A stretch of 22,551 nt of DNA, taken from an uncultured delta proteobacterium. GTDB taxonomy: Bacteria > Myxococcota_A > Polyangia > Fen-1088. Under the pieces are notes generated by a model. It was not told the DNA's origin, searched no databases, and saw only the letters and a list, made by a program, of their open reading frames with translations. The position numbers and the translations under genes were made by a program. The stretch covers positions 1 to 22,551 of the forward strand of contig CAVYGB010000011.1 of assembly GCA_963767925.1 (NCBI GenBank), given 5' to 3'. Positions within the stretch are counted from its first letter, which is position 1, and each line of letters begins with the position of its first letter. Positions 1 through 7,962 of this stretch are shown here, piece after piece.

Positions 1-407
1 CGAATCATAGGGGCCTGGGGGTGACGACAAAGCTACTTTCGAGCGCGACGACCTGTTCCTCAAGGCTTCGCACCTATCGCCGCTGGATCTCGAAGGCAGC
101 TGTCTTGCTCGGTTCCAGCCTGGGTCCGAAGCGCCAGGTGCATGAGTACCGTACCGAATGGCCGCTCGCACCGATGGAAGCCATTGCCACGGGAAGCACC
201 ATACGGGGTGGCAAGGACCCGGTATGGCAAACCTGTGGTTCGCCCCGCAGCCCTCACTCGATCTCGTGTTCGAAGACCTCGCGCCCCGGCTGCTCGATTT
301 TCCGTTCGCGCTGGAGACGTCTGGTAGCTCACCGGAACGCCCACTCAAACCCCGGCAGTCGGGCCGCCGCCGTGAGCGACCAACCGCGACCAGCCGAGAG
401 GTCGCGT

Positions 408-747
408 CAGAAAACGCGCCAGAACAACATTCTGGCGCGTGCGCGGAAACGGCGGGAAACGGCCAGAAACGCGCGCGCGCCGTTTGTCCCCACTTGTCCC
501 CAGCAGTCGACCAGCGTGAGCGAGGCTCTCTCCGGCTATCGAGAAGAGCTTAAATTTCAGAGGGATCTGGGTGCGGTCGGGGAGAATCGAACTCCCACAA
601 TTTTTCGATCACCAGAACCTGAATCTGTCGACGAACCCCAAATTCGTCGAGGAAAAGTTCCCGAAAACGAATCGGAAGCGTTTTCCTGACGACCCCTGGC
701 CCCCCGTTTTGCTGCACCAGCAGCGACGAGCGCTGACCAGAAAACGC
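408..747. mobile_element. Putative phage attachment region (attP-like) for a tyrosine integrase
   Basis: The tRNA fragment starts at the anticodon stem. TTGTCCCCA x2 (484-492, 494-502), GAAACG x3 at a 10-bp period (446, 456, 466), and CAGAAAACGC on both flanks (408-417, 738-747). Confidence 0.65.
568..627 (-). tRNA. 3' half of tRNA-Leu(CAG), truncated; att core homology
   Basis: Minus strand reads CAGA-TTCAGGT-TCTGG (anticodon arm, CAG), a long variable arm, GGGAG-TTCGATT-CTCCC (T arm), then CGACCGC-A-CCCA. No D arm or 5' acceptor strand upstream. Confidence 0.88.
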
Positions 748-800
748 AACGTCGACTTCTGCACCGCTCCCGTTCTGGTGGCGCTGCCGGCGGTGGCCTC

Positions 801-1046
801 GTGACCGCCCGCGGCCCCTCCCCCGCCCGCCGCCGGGACGCCCGGCTGCGCGCCCGCGCCGAGCATCTCGCGACGGTCGAGAGCATCACCAAGCGAGAGG
901 CCCTCCGCCGCCTGCGCATCGACCGGGCCGACGTGGCCCGCGCCGCCCGGGGTGAGATCACCGACAGGGCCATGCTGCGCGGGACGGAGATCCCGCCCGA
1001 GGTCCGCAAGGCCCAGCACGACACGCGCGGGGCGGTGCGATCGTGA
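801..1046 (+). CDS. Hypothetical basic phage protein
   Basis: GTG start, GC3-rich codons, GTGA overlap with the next gene. Confidence 0.6.
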   Translation: MTARGPSPARRRDARLRARAEHLATVESITKREALRRLRIDRADVARAARGEITDRAMLRGTEIPPEVRKAQHDTRGAVRS

Positions 1047-1438
1047 GCCGGCTCAAGGTCGCGCGGGCCGCGCTGATCGAGATGCTCGGTTACTGGAAGG
1101 ACGAGACGCGCCCTGGTGACGACAAGATCCGCGAGATCGACGTCGTCCTTGCGGCAGAGGAGCTGATCTTCGCCGCGATCGAGCGGGAGAGCGAAGCCCC
1201 GCCCAAGCCGCCGGTCCACAGGCTGTGCCCGGCGACGCCGCTCGGGGCCCTGTGCGGCTGCAAAGAGGACACGTTCATGGTCACGACTCTGTCGAGCCGG
1301 GTGACCTGCCACCTGTGCAGGCGGATCCGCACCTGCCCCCGGTGCGGCCGACTCAGCGGCGAGGGCGGTGGCCTGTGCCGCCCGTGCGACCTCGAGCTGG
1401 GCGCCGAAGTGGCCGCCAACAAGGCGGTGCGGCCATGA
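1043..1438 (+). CDS. Hypothetical Zn-finger protein
   Basis: VH..CG..VTCHLC and CPRC..CRPC motifs; overlaps both neighbours. Confidence 0.7.
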   Translation: MSRLKVARAALIEMLGYWKDETRPGDDKIREIDVVLAAEELIFAAIERESEAPPKPPVHRLCPATPLGALCGCKEDTFMVTTLSSRVTCHLCRRIRTCPRCGRLSGEGGGLCRPCDLELGAEVAANKAVRP

Positions 1439-1794
1439 ACCTCGCCAGGCGCGTCTACGGCCGCCCGGCCAAGGACTGCTCGGGCATCAGGCTGCCGGCC
1501 ACCGTGCACGTGGGGCTGTGGGCAGGCGAGCGGTCCATACTGTCGCTCGACCTCGACCTTGCCCCTGCCGACGCCCGCGCCCTCGCCGCCGAGCTGCTGG
1601 CCGCGGCCGACCAGGCCGAAGCTACCCCCGCCGGCACCGCGAACGCGTCCTCAGGGAGAGTCGAGGGGGCGGCGCCGGCGGGGAGAGGCCCGCTCACGTG
1701 CGAGCAGGATAACACAGCGCCCGGGGGGGATGAGCGGGGCGGCGATGGGAGTAGCGGGCAGGGCGGCACCGACAGGAGGCGACGCCTGAGATGA
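1435..1794 (+). CDS. Hypothetical phage protein (MNLARRVYG...)
   Basis: ATGA overlap at 1435 inside ORF 1225..1794. Confidence 0.65.
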   Translation: MNLARRVYGRPAKDCSGIRLPATVHVGLWAGERSILSLDLDLAPADARALAAELLAAADQAEATPAGTANASSGRVEGAAPAGRGPLTCEQDNTAPGGDERGGDGSSGQGGTDRRRRLR

Positions 1795-1824
1795 GGCCTG
1801 TTCGGGGCCCGCGGGAGGTGCCTC

Positions 1825-2020
1825 GTGAGCGCCCACGTCCCCTGCCTGGCCGAGGGCCCCCGCTCGGGCGACGGCGGGTCCCCCTGCAAGGACCGCGCGC
1901 CCTGGTCCCCCGCCCCTGCCCCCGTACGCCCCCTGTTGCTGCCCGGACGCGGACGACGGGCATTGCTGGGTCTGCGCGCATCCGCGGGGCGAGCACCGGG
2001 AGGTCGGCCATGGCGGGTGA
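1825..2020 (+). CDS. Small Cys-rich protein, apparently frameshifted
   Basis: GGAGG then GTG at 1825 (MSAHVPC...). A different frame reads PYAPCCCPDADDGHCWVCAHPRGEH..* up to 2020. Confidence 0.35.
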
Positions 2021-2285
2021 GCGCGAGGCGGCCCTCGAGGAGGCGGCGGCCATGCTCGACGGCTGGGCCGAGTACGACGACAAGGAGGGGGAGGACGAGC
2101 TCGCGGCCGCAAACCGGAACGCGGCCGCCTGCATCCGCGGCCTGAAGGACCGTACCGCCCGGCGGCCCTGCGAGTGCCCGGGGTGTACCGAGGGCGTCGA
2201 GGCCTACTCGCGCTCGGGGCTGTGCGGGCCCTGCGCCGACGAGGACTGCGAGCACGACGAGCCGGAGGTGCCCGATGCCCGGTAA
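2010..2285 (+). CDS. Hypothetical protein with C-terminal Cys cluster
   Basis: GGGAGG RBS, ATG at 2010, CECPGC..CGPC..C. Confidence 0.7.
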   Translation: MAGEREAALEEAAAMLDGWAEYDDKEGEDELAAANRNAAACIRGLKDRTARRPCECPGCTEGVEAYSRSGLCGPCADEDCEHDEPEVPDAR

Positions 2286-2544
2286 CCCCCGCGGCTACCG
2301 CATTCGCATGCGCCGGTCGCGCCGGTTCTTTGGCGGGCCGGCGTTGCCGCCACCGGAGGCGTGCGAGCCGGAGCCGGTGCCCCCGCCGGCCAAGGAGATG
2401 AAGCCGCCGGTGCTCCACTACATGCGTTCGAGGCGCGCCTCGGTCCCGGTGTGCCTGAGCCAGGGCGGGTACATCTCGACGACGAGCCACCCGGCGCACG
2501 TGACGTGCCCGAAGTGCCTGCGCGCGCTCGGGAGGCCCGCATGA
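2275..2544 (+). CDS. Hypothetical Zn-finger protein
   Basis: GGAGG RBS; LH..C..VTCPKC; ATGA overlap with the initiator gene. Confidence 0.65.
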   Translation: MPGNPRGYRIRMRRSRRFFGGPALPPPEACEPEPVPPPAKEMKPPVLHYMRSRRASVPVCLSQGGYISTTSHPAHVTCPKCLRALGRPA

Positions 2545-3572
2545 GCCGCACCCGCCTCATCAACCCCGCCGCCCCCAAGGACGAGGCCGTCGCGAGCTGC
2601 TCGGTCTGGGCGCGCCTGGCCTGGGCGTACCTGCCCTGCCACGCGGACAAGGAGGGGCGCCTGGCCGACAAGCCCCTGACCCTGCGCTTTGAGCTGTTCC
2701 CCGCCGACCCCCAGGTGGACATGGACGCGCTTCTCGGCGAACTGGCCCGCACCGAGCTCATCGTCCGGTACCAGGTGGCCGGGCGGCGCTACATCCAGAT
2801 CCGGTCGTTCGCCCGGCACCAGCACCCGCACAAGAACGAGGCGGACTCGGTGATCCCCCCGTGTCCCGAGCCCTCCGGTAATTACGCGAGCGCGCCCGCC
2901 CAACTTTCTGTTTGTCCCGAGCGCTCGGGAGATCCGGATCCGGATCCGGTGACAGATCCGGTGACGGATCCGGTAGGGGATCCAGTGCGCGCAGATCCGG
3001 CACCAGAGCCGCGCGCGCACGCGATCCCCGTAGACGACGGCTGGCCCGGCCAGGAGCCCGGGCAGGTGACGTACCACCATGGCGTGCTGCGGGCCCGGGG
3101 CAAGCCACCGCCTGGCAAGCTGCAGCTGGCCCCGACCGACCGGTACCTTGTGAGCCAGCGGGCCCAGCGGCTGCTCGACCTGTTTGCCAAGGTCCGCTCC
3201 GAGGTCGCCCGCACGCGGGGCCAGACGGTCGTGGCCTGGACGACCCCGGGAGCCAGGGCGTTCAACAAGGCGGTGGCCTTCGTCCACGGTGTCGAGGACG
3301 ACCACGACGCCCAGCTCGACGTCGAGCCGACCATGCGCATGCATCTGCAGGAAAAGGTCGACTCGCCCGACAAGCGGGACTTCGAGGTGGGGTTCGCCTT
3401 CGGGGCGTGGCTTCACCGCTTCTCGGATCTGCGCGAGGACATTCACGGCATGAAGCGCACACCGCTCGCTGGCCTGTCGGACCGCGAGCGCAAGAACCTG
3501 GTCACCAGCCAGCTGTGGCTGGCCCGCAAAGAGGCAGAGCAAGAGGCGCAAGCAAGGGGGGCGACCCGATGA
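2541..3572 (+). CDS. Phage replication initiator / replisome organiser
   Basis: N-terminus (ARL..AD.EGRL.D.P...FP.D....LIVRY.V.GRRYIQI.SF..HQ.PH..E) is typical of temperate-phage initiators. Internal repeat array; GGAGG RBS. Confidence 0.8.
   Translation: MSRTRLINPAAPKDEAVASCSVWARLAWAYLPCHADKEGRLADKPLTLRFELFPADPQVDMDALLGELARTELIVRYQVAGRRYIQIRSFARHQHPHKNEADSVIPPCPEPSGNYASAPAQLSVCPERSGDPDPDPVTDPVTDPVGDPVRADPAPEPRAHAIPVDDGWPGQEPGQVTYHHGVLRARGKPPPGKLQLAPTDRYLVSQRAQRLLDLFAKVRSEVARTRGQTVVAWTTPGARAFNKAVAFVHGVEDDHDAQLDVEPTMRMHLQEKVDSPDKRDFEVGFAFGAWLHRFSDLREDIHGMKRTPLAGLSDRERKNLVTSQLWLARKEAEQEAQARGATR
2915..3000. repeat. Putative replication origin: 16-bp palindrome plus GATCC(G/A) repeats
   Basis: TCCCGAGCGCTCGGGA at 2915-2930; GATCC(G/A) at 2931, 2937, 2943, 2955, 2967, 2979 and 2994. 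Confidence 0.65.
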
Positions 3573-3946
3573 CCTACAAGCTACTGGTGCTGGAGCTGAA
3601 CAAGACCGCGGCGGTGTTTCGGACGGAGCTGACGACGCTCGGGATAGACGGCTACTGGGAGGCGTTCGAGCGCGACGACGACGGGGACTTCGTCACGGCC
3701 TGCCGCAGAGCGCGCGCCGAGTGCGACTACATGCCGACCATCAAGCAGCTGCGGATGTTCCTGCCCGACCGGCGGGCCAAGGCGGCCATGGCGGCGACCG
3801 AGCGGTACCTCAAGCGCGAGCAGCGGGATGCGAGCAAGCTTGCGCCCTGGCCGACCGACCGACCGGAGCGGCGCCGGCGGCTCGAGCCGGGGGAACCCAC
3901 GCCGGTGGGCGAGCTGGTGGGGCCCTACCTGGAGCCGCCGCAATGA
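3569..3946 (+). CDS. Putative helicase loader/inhibitor (G39P-like)
   Basis: Directly after the initiator; small helical protein with a YW...YMPTIKQL motif. Confidence 0.5.
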   Translation: MTYKLLVLELNKTAAVFRTELTTLGIDGYWEAFERDDDGDFVTACRRARAECDYMPTIKQLRMFLPDRRAKAAMAATERYLKREQRDASKLAPWPTDRPERRRRLEPGEPTPVGELVGPYLEPPQ

Positions 3947-4221
3947 CCGCCATCCTCGACACCGCCACCGCCCGCCTGGTCTCCCAGCTGCAGGAGGCGG
4001 CCGCGCCCGACGCCGAGCTGGCGGCCCGCGAACACGAGGCGCGCCTGGTGGCCCAGGTGCAAAACGCGACGATCGCCATGTGCCAGCGGTGGATCCTCCA
4101 GTCGGCGGCTGCCATCGACCGGGCGGCGCTGCTGTTTCCGCCCCAGCACAGAAACGGGCTGGCGACGGCGGCGCACCACTACCGGTCGGCGGCGAATGTG
4201 CTCGAGGCGCTGCGGACATGA
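3943..4221 (+). CDS. Hypothetical protein
   Basis: ATGA overlaps at both ends. Confidence 0.7.
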   Translation: MTAILDTATARLVSQLQEAAAPDAELAAREHEARLVAQVQNATIAMCQRWILQSAAAIDRAALLFPPQHRNGLATAAHHYRSAANVLEALRT

Positions 4222-4433
4222 GGCGCGACACGCCTTTCGTCCTCACCCCCGAGCAGGAGCAGCGCCGTCGCGAGCGGCTGCTGGCGTCCACGCGACGAGG
4301 CCGGGACCTGGCCGAGCGCCGAGCGGCCACCCACGACGCCTTCCCCGACGGCTACCGGGCGGGGCTGGCCCGGTGCCGCGTGTGCGGGCTGCTCGAGCCG
4401 CACGTGTGCATCGGCGAGGGGAGGCGGACATGA
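4218..4433 (+). CDS. Hypothetical protein with CxxC..HxC
   Basis: ATGA overlaps; CRVCGLLEPHVC. Confidence 0.7.
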   Translation: MRRDTPFVLTPEQEQRRRERLLASTRRGRDLAERRAATHDAFPDGYRAGLARCRVCGLLEPHVCIGEGRRT

Positions 4434-4672
4434 CCACCCCCTACGTGATCCCCGAGGCGGCCCGGGCGGCGCCGGTGAGCGTGCTGCCGACGGATCGGCT
4501 GGTGGAGATCGTGGCGACGTTTCACGTGCTGGAGGCGGCGCTGATCGAGATCGCGTGTCTCGCCTTCCAAGACGGGCCACGGTCGTGCGGCTACTGCGAG
4601 GTCACGGCCGACCGGGAGTGCTGGGACGGCTGCCCCGGCCTGCTCGCCCGCCGGGCGCTAGGGGTGGCGTGA
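4430..4672 (+). CDS. Hypothetical Cys-rich protein
   Basis: GGAGG RBS; CGYC..C...C; overlaps both neighbours. Confidence 0.7.
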   Translation: MTTPYVIPEAARAAPVSVLPTDRLVEIVATFHVLEAALIEIACLAFQDGPRSCGYCEVTADRECWDGCPGLLARRALGVA

Positions 4673-4887
4673 TGAGCGTGGAAGATCCTCTCACGCCCGA
4701 GGAGGTCCGTGCCCGCGTGGCGGAGATCGCCGACACGGCCATCACCGACGACGAATCGGCCAGCGGCCTGGAGACGGGTCTCTACACCGAGATCCTGTAT
4801 GAGCTGTCCCAGAAGGGTCCCGAGCCGTGGCGGACGCTGGCGGCTGAGGCGCTCAAGACGGCAGAGATCGAGTTCGACAGGTGGTGA
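4672..4887 (+). CDS. Small acidic phage protein
   Basis: TGATG overlap; MSVEDPLTPEEVRARV...IEFDRW. Confidence 0.75.
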   Translation: MSVEDPLTPEEVRARVAEIADTAITDDESASGLETGLYTEILYELSQKGPEPWRTLAAEALKTAEIEFDRW

Positions 4888-4891
4888 CGTC

Positions 4892-5071
4892 ATGACCCTC
4901 CCCTTTCTCCTCCTCATCGCCGCCATCTTCGCCGCCGCCAGCACGATCGCGTTTTTCTCCGGCTACCTGACCGGCCGGGCCCGCGGCTACGACACCGGGT
5001 ACCGGAGGGGGATCGCCGGGCGGGCGGCGGCGTGGCGGGAGGCGGAGGTGACGGCGGTGGTGCGCAGGTGA
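4892..5071 (+). CDS. Small single-pass membrane protein
   Basis: Hydrophobic N-terminus LPFLLLIAAIFAAASTIAFF followed by GY..G repeats. Confidence 0.7.
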   Translation: MTLPFLLLIAAIFAAASTIAFFSGYLTGRARGYDTGYRRGIAGRAAAWREAEVTAVVRR

Positions 5072-5416
5072 AGGTCGTCTACGTCGCGGGGGCGTTCCGG
5101 GGGGCCACGCCCTGGGAGGTGCATCGGAACGTCATGGCGGCCGAGGCGGCCGGGCTGGAGGTCGCGAAGCTCGGGGCGATGCCGCTCATCCCCCACAAGA
5201 ACACCGAGCACTACGACAAGCTCCTGCCCGACTCGTTTTGGCTGGAGGGGACGGCCGAGCTGCTCAGGCGATTCGGACGCCCTCTACATCTTCGACCCGC
5301 GGGACCTCAACCGATCGGCCGGCACCCGGGCCGAGGCCCTCCTGGCGGGCGAGTTGGGCATCCCGGTCTTCGACGACCTAGCCACGTTGCAGGCCTGGCT
5401 GGGGCTGCGGCCATGA
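5068..5416 (+). CDS. DUF4406/DUF1937 nucleoside-deoxyribosyltransferase-like protein, +1 frameshift near 5272
   Basis: VYVAGAFRG..PLIPHKN..WL...ELLRR, then DALY..RSAGTRAE..A..LGIPVF in the next frame. Confidence 0.8.
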
Positions 5417-5688
5417 CCCCCCTCGCCACCGTCCCCACCCCCTGGCTCTGCCACGGCTGCGGCCGCACCGACGCCGTCGCCCTGGTGGTGGTCGAGCAGC
5501 AGCTCGGCAGCCGCACCCGCCGGGCCCGGTACTGTCACACATGCCGGGTGCCGCTCGCACATGCCGAGGTGTGCACCGCCGACCCGCGGACCTGCCCCCG
5601 GGCGGCCGAGCATCCAGGGGCTGGCCCGTCCTCCCGTACGCTAGATCGTGCGGAAACGCCGGGAAAACCTGCTCGGAGGGCTCGCTGA
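5413..5688 (+). CDS. Hypothetical Zn-ribbon protein
   Basis: ATGA overlap; CHGC..CHTC. Confidence 0.6.
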   Translation: MTPLATVPTPWLCHGCGRTDAVALVVVEQQLGSRTRRARYCHTCRVPLAHAEVCTADPRTCPRAAEHPGAGPSSRTLDRAETPGKPARRAR

Positions 5689-5920
5689 TGGCCCGCGCCT
5701 ACCGCCGAAACGGGCACCACGACGGGGCCCGCCTGCCGAGCCCGAGCCGCCTTGCCCCTGCCTGCCGGGGCTGGGGGCCTATTCCGTGCCTGACGAGGAT
5801 CGGGTCGAAAACGGCTGGCCCGCGCCACAGCTGGCGTGCGGCTGCGGTGGGGCCCGGGGGCAGCCGGCGGTCCTGGTGGTGTACGATCGGCCGGTGCGGC
5901 GGGCGCGGTAGGGGGCGGGG

Positions 5921-6289
5921 GTGAGATCCGGACTTTCGCGCGAGCAGCGACGAGCCGTGGCCGAGCGGCTCGCGGCGATCGGGCCACCTCGACAGCGAGC
6001 CGAAGCCATCAAGCGGCGGGCGCTGGAGATCGGAGTCAGCCCCGCGGCCATCTACAATTGGCTCAAGCGCGGCGTACCGGGGGCGAAGGACGCCCAGCAG
6101 GCCAGCGGCCGTCGCGACGAGTTCCGCAGGGCCGACGGGCAGCTCCAGCAGCTCGGGGCCGACGGGAGCTGGGCGCCGTATGTCCCGTTTCGGGAGCTGC
6201 GGGCGACCCTGGCCAGATCCGCCCCGGGGTTGAACGAGGCGGCGTTCCTGGCGGACTTCGAACAGCTGTGGGACGGGGCCGGCGGGTGA
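5921..6289 (+). CDS. Helix-turn-helix DNA-binding protein
   Basis: IKRRALEIGVSPAAIYNWLKR fits an HTH motif. Confidence 0.7.
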   Translation: MRSGLSREQRRAVAERLAAIGPPRQRAEAIKRRALEIGVSPAAIYNWLKRGVPGAKDAQQASGRRDEFRRADGQLQQLGADGSWAPYVPFRELRATLARSAPGLNEAAFLADFEQLWDGAGG

Positions 6290-6344
6290 TTCGCTCTACA
6301 ATGTAAAAACCGTCCATTCACCAGGTGAAAAAAAGGAGACCACC
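6290..6344 (+). promoter_or_regulatory. AT-rich intergenic region with candidate -10 and strong RBS
   Basis: TACAAT at 6297-6302 and AAAAAGGAG before ATG 6345; a rare AT-rich gap in this window. Confidence 0.45.
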
Positions 6345-6689
6345 ATGACCGAGACCAGCGCCCCGCCCGCCACGAACGAGAACCCGGACCCGGCGATCCC
6401 GCCGCCGCTCGACTGCCTGACCTTCAGCACCGCCCTGCTGTTTCTGAACGAGGGCAGGCGACTCGCCCGCGACGGCTGGAACGGCAAGGGCATGTGGATC
6501 GCCCTGCAGAGGGGCTACCCCGACGGCATCCCGATCAACGCCAACACCGCGCAGGCGACCGGCCTGGCCGAGGGCGCCGTCTGCCGGTTCCGCCCGTACC
6601 TCATGATGTTCACCGCCCAGGGCGACTTCGTCCCGTGGGTGGCCAGCCAGAGCGATCTGCTGGCCGAGGATTGGGCCGTCGTTCTATGA
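6345..6689 (+). CDS. DUF2829 protein, Tad2-like anti-Thoeris/CBASS sponge candidate
   Basis: F..AL..L..G..LAR.GWNGKGMWI...PYL.M.TAQG..VPWVASQSDLLAEDW is the DUF2829 signature. Confidence 0.88.
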   Translation: MTETSAPPATNENPDPAIPPPLDCLTFSTALLFLNEGRRLARDGWNGKGMWIALQRGYPDGIPINANTAQATGLAEGAVCRFRPYLMMFTAQGDFVPWVASQSDLLAEDWAVVL

Positions 6690-6829
6690 CCGACTTTCCC
6701 CCGCCCCTGCCCCACCTGCGCGCGGTCCCGCCCGACCCGCGCAAAGACGGGGCAGGCCCGGCGTTCTGGTTCGTGGCCGGGGCGGCGACCATGTTTGCGG
6801 CGCTGGTGATGATGGGGGTGCTGGGGTGA
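6686..6829 (+). CDS. Small membrane protein
   Basis: ATGA overlap; C-terminal hydrophobic helix. Confidence 0.65.
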   Translation: MTDFPPPLPHLRAVPPDPRKDGAGPAFWFVAGAATMFAALVMMGVLG

Positions 6830-7098
6830 GCGAGACGCCGCCCTGGCGCTGGGAGAAGTTCGACGACTCGTACGGCGGGAACTTCTGGGCGCTCAAGGAT
6901 GCCGAGGTAAAAGCCATCATCCACCTGGTTGACGGGGAGGACTCGAACCTGACCGAACAGCGGATGCGCCTTATCGCCGCCGCGCCGGAGATGTACAAGG
7001 CCCTCCGCGCTGCCCTCGACCGGGTGCCAGAGCGCTCGCCATTCGCTGTCGCGGTCCGCGACCTGCTCGCCCGCATCGACGGCAAGGATCCCCCGTGA
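6826..7098 (+). CDS. Hypothetical phage protein (TPPW...LIAAAPEM family)
   Basis: A motif common in small phage proteins; overlaps both neighbours. Confidence 0.75.
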   Translation: MSETPPWRWEKFDDSYGGNFWALKDAEVKAIIHLVDGEDSNLTEQRMRLIAAAPEMYKALRAALDRVPERSPFAVAVRDLLARIDGKDPP

Positions 7099-7442
7099 CC
7101 CACCCCGGCCACGGCAGGACCGAGTGCTCGTGCGGGGCGGTGATCGCGCAGTGCCGGTGCAACGACCAGCACCGGGAGGTGCACGTGGTGCAGGCCGGGT
7201 GCGGGCGGTGCCGAGGCGGGGTCACAGCGACGCTGACCACGGTGGCTGAATGGGAGCAGGCTCGCCAGGCGCGCGCCTATTTCACCGAGGCCTGCGCCCT
7301 CTTGCGCCGGGCCGGCGCCGCGATTACGACCCTCGAATGCGAGGCCCTGGTGCTCGACGGGGACGATCACGACGAGGCCCGCGCCGACGGCGGCGTCCTG
7401 CTCGACATCGCGGCGTTCTTGGCGCGGGTGGACCCGAGATGA
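7095..7442 (+). CDS. Hypothetical Cys-rich protein
   Basis: CSCG..QCRC..CGRC; overlaps both neighbours. Confidence 0.7.
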   Translation: MTHPGHGRTECSCGAVIAQCRCNDQHREVHVVQAGCGRCRGGVTATLTTVAEWEQARQARAYFTEACALLRRAGAAITTLECEALVLDGDDHDEARADGGVLLDIAAFLARVDPR

Positions 7443-7648
7443 GCAGCCGCGAGCGCTTCTACCCGCGGGGCAAGATCACCGCCGACGACGACGGCGCGAT
7501 CGCTATCCGCATGGCCGTCAAGAGCAACACGCTCATCATCGACTTCGGCAAACCGGTGCACTGGATCGGGCTCGGGTTGCAGGACGTGCGGTCTCTTCGC
7601 GTGATGCTCGACCGGTACATCCGCGAGCTGGAAACGGCGGAGACGTGA
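7439..7648 (+). CDS. Conserved-looking small phage protein
   Basis: FYPRGKIT.DDDG...IIDFGKPVHWIGL; ATGA overlap. Confidence 0.75.
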   Translation: MSSRERFYPRGKITADDDGAIAIRMAVKSNTLIIDFGKPVHWIGLGLQDVRSLRVMLDRYIRELETAET

Positions 7649-7962
7649 CCCCCATCCTCGCCCGCCTCCGCCAGCTCGCCCGCTGCCTCTGGGCGCTGCT
7701 GGTCCCGGTCGGGGTGCTCGCCGCCTACTACCTCGGCCGGCGGGCCCGCCAGCCCGGGGTGACCCCGGTCGACGATGCGCTGGAGACCGCCCGGCGCGAG
7801 GTGAACCTGGCCAACGCCCGGGCGGCGGTGGAGATCGAGGCGGTGCGGGCGCAGAGCGCGACGGAGCGGGCGGATTTCCTCGACGTGCTCAAGGGCGAGC
7901 CGGGCGACGAGCAGAACGAGCGGCTGATCGAGGCGGCGCGGAAGATCCGGGAGGGGCGGTGA
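7645..7962 (+). CDS. Putative i-spanin (Rz-like) inner-membrane protein
   Basis: N-terminal TM helix followed by an Ala/Glu/Arg-rich helical domain. Confidence 0.5.
   Translation: MTPILARLRQLARCLWALLVPVGVLAAYYLGRRARQPGVTPVDDALETARREVNLANARAAVEIEAVRAQSATERADFLDVLKGEPGDEQNERLIEAARKIREGR

Noticed and set aside
1..553. ORFs left of the att site as an integrase C-terminus
   Set aside because: No HxxR/H/Y catalytic pattern in the frames read. Some frame-2 stretches look protein-like, but no product can be supported.
543..555. IHF site GAAGAGCTTAAAT beside the att core
   Set aside because: The position is plausible, but it has several mismatches to YAANNNNTTGATW.
568..650. A complete functional tRNA-Leu
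   Set aside because: The D arm and 5' acceptor strand are missing.
2931..3000. CRISPR array
   Set aside because: Units of 6-12 bp inside a CDS, with no spacers and no cas genes.
5032..5688. Single 218-aa fusion protein
   Set aside because: Better explained as two genes (5068-5416 and 5413-5688) joined by a one-base indel.
5648..5924. Small Cys-containing gene before the HTH gene
   Set aside because: Probably coding, but plausible segments fall in different frames, so start and frame cannot be fixed.
5921..6289. Transposase or IS element
   Set aside because: Only an HTH is present; no DDE domain or terminal repeats.
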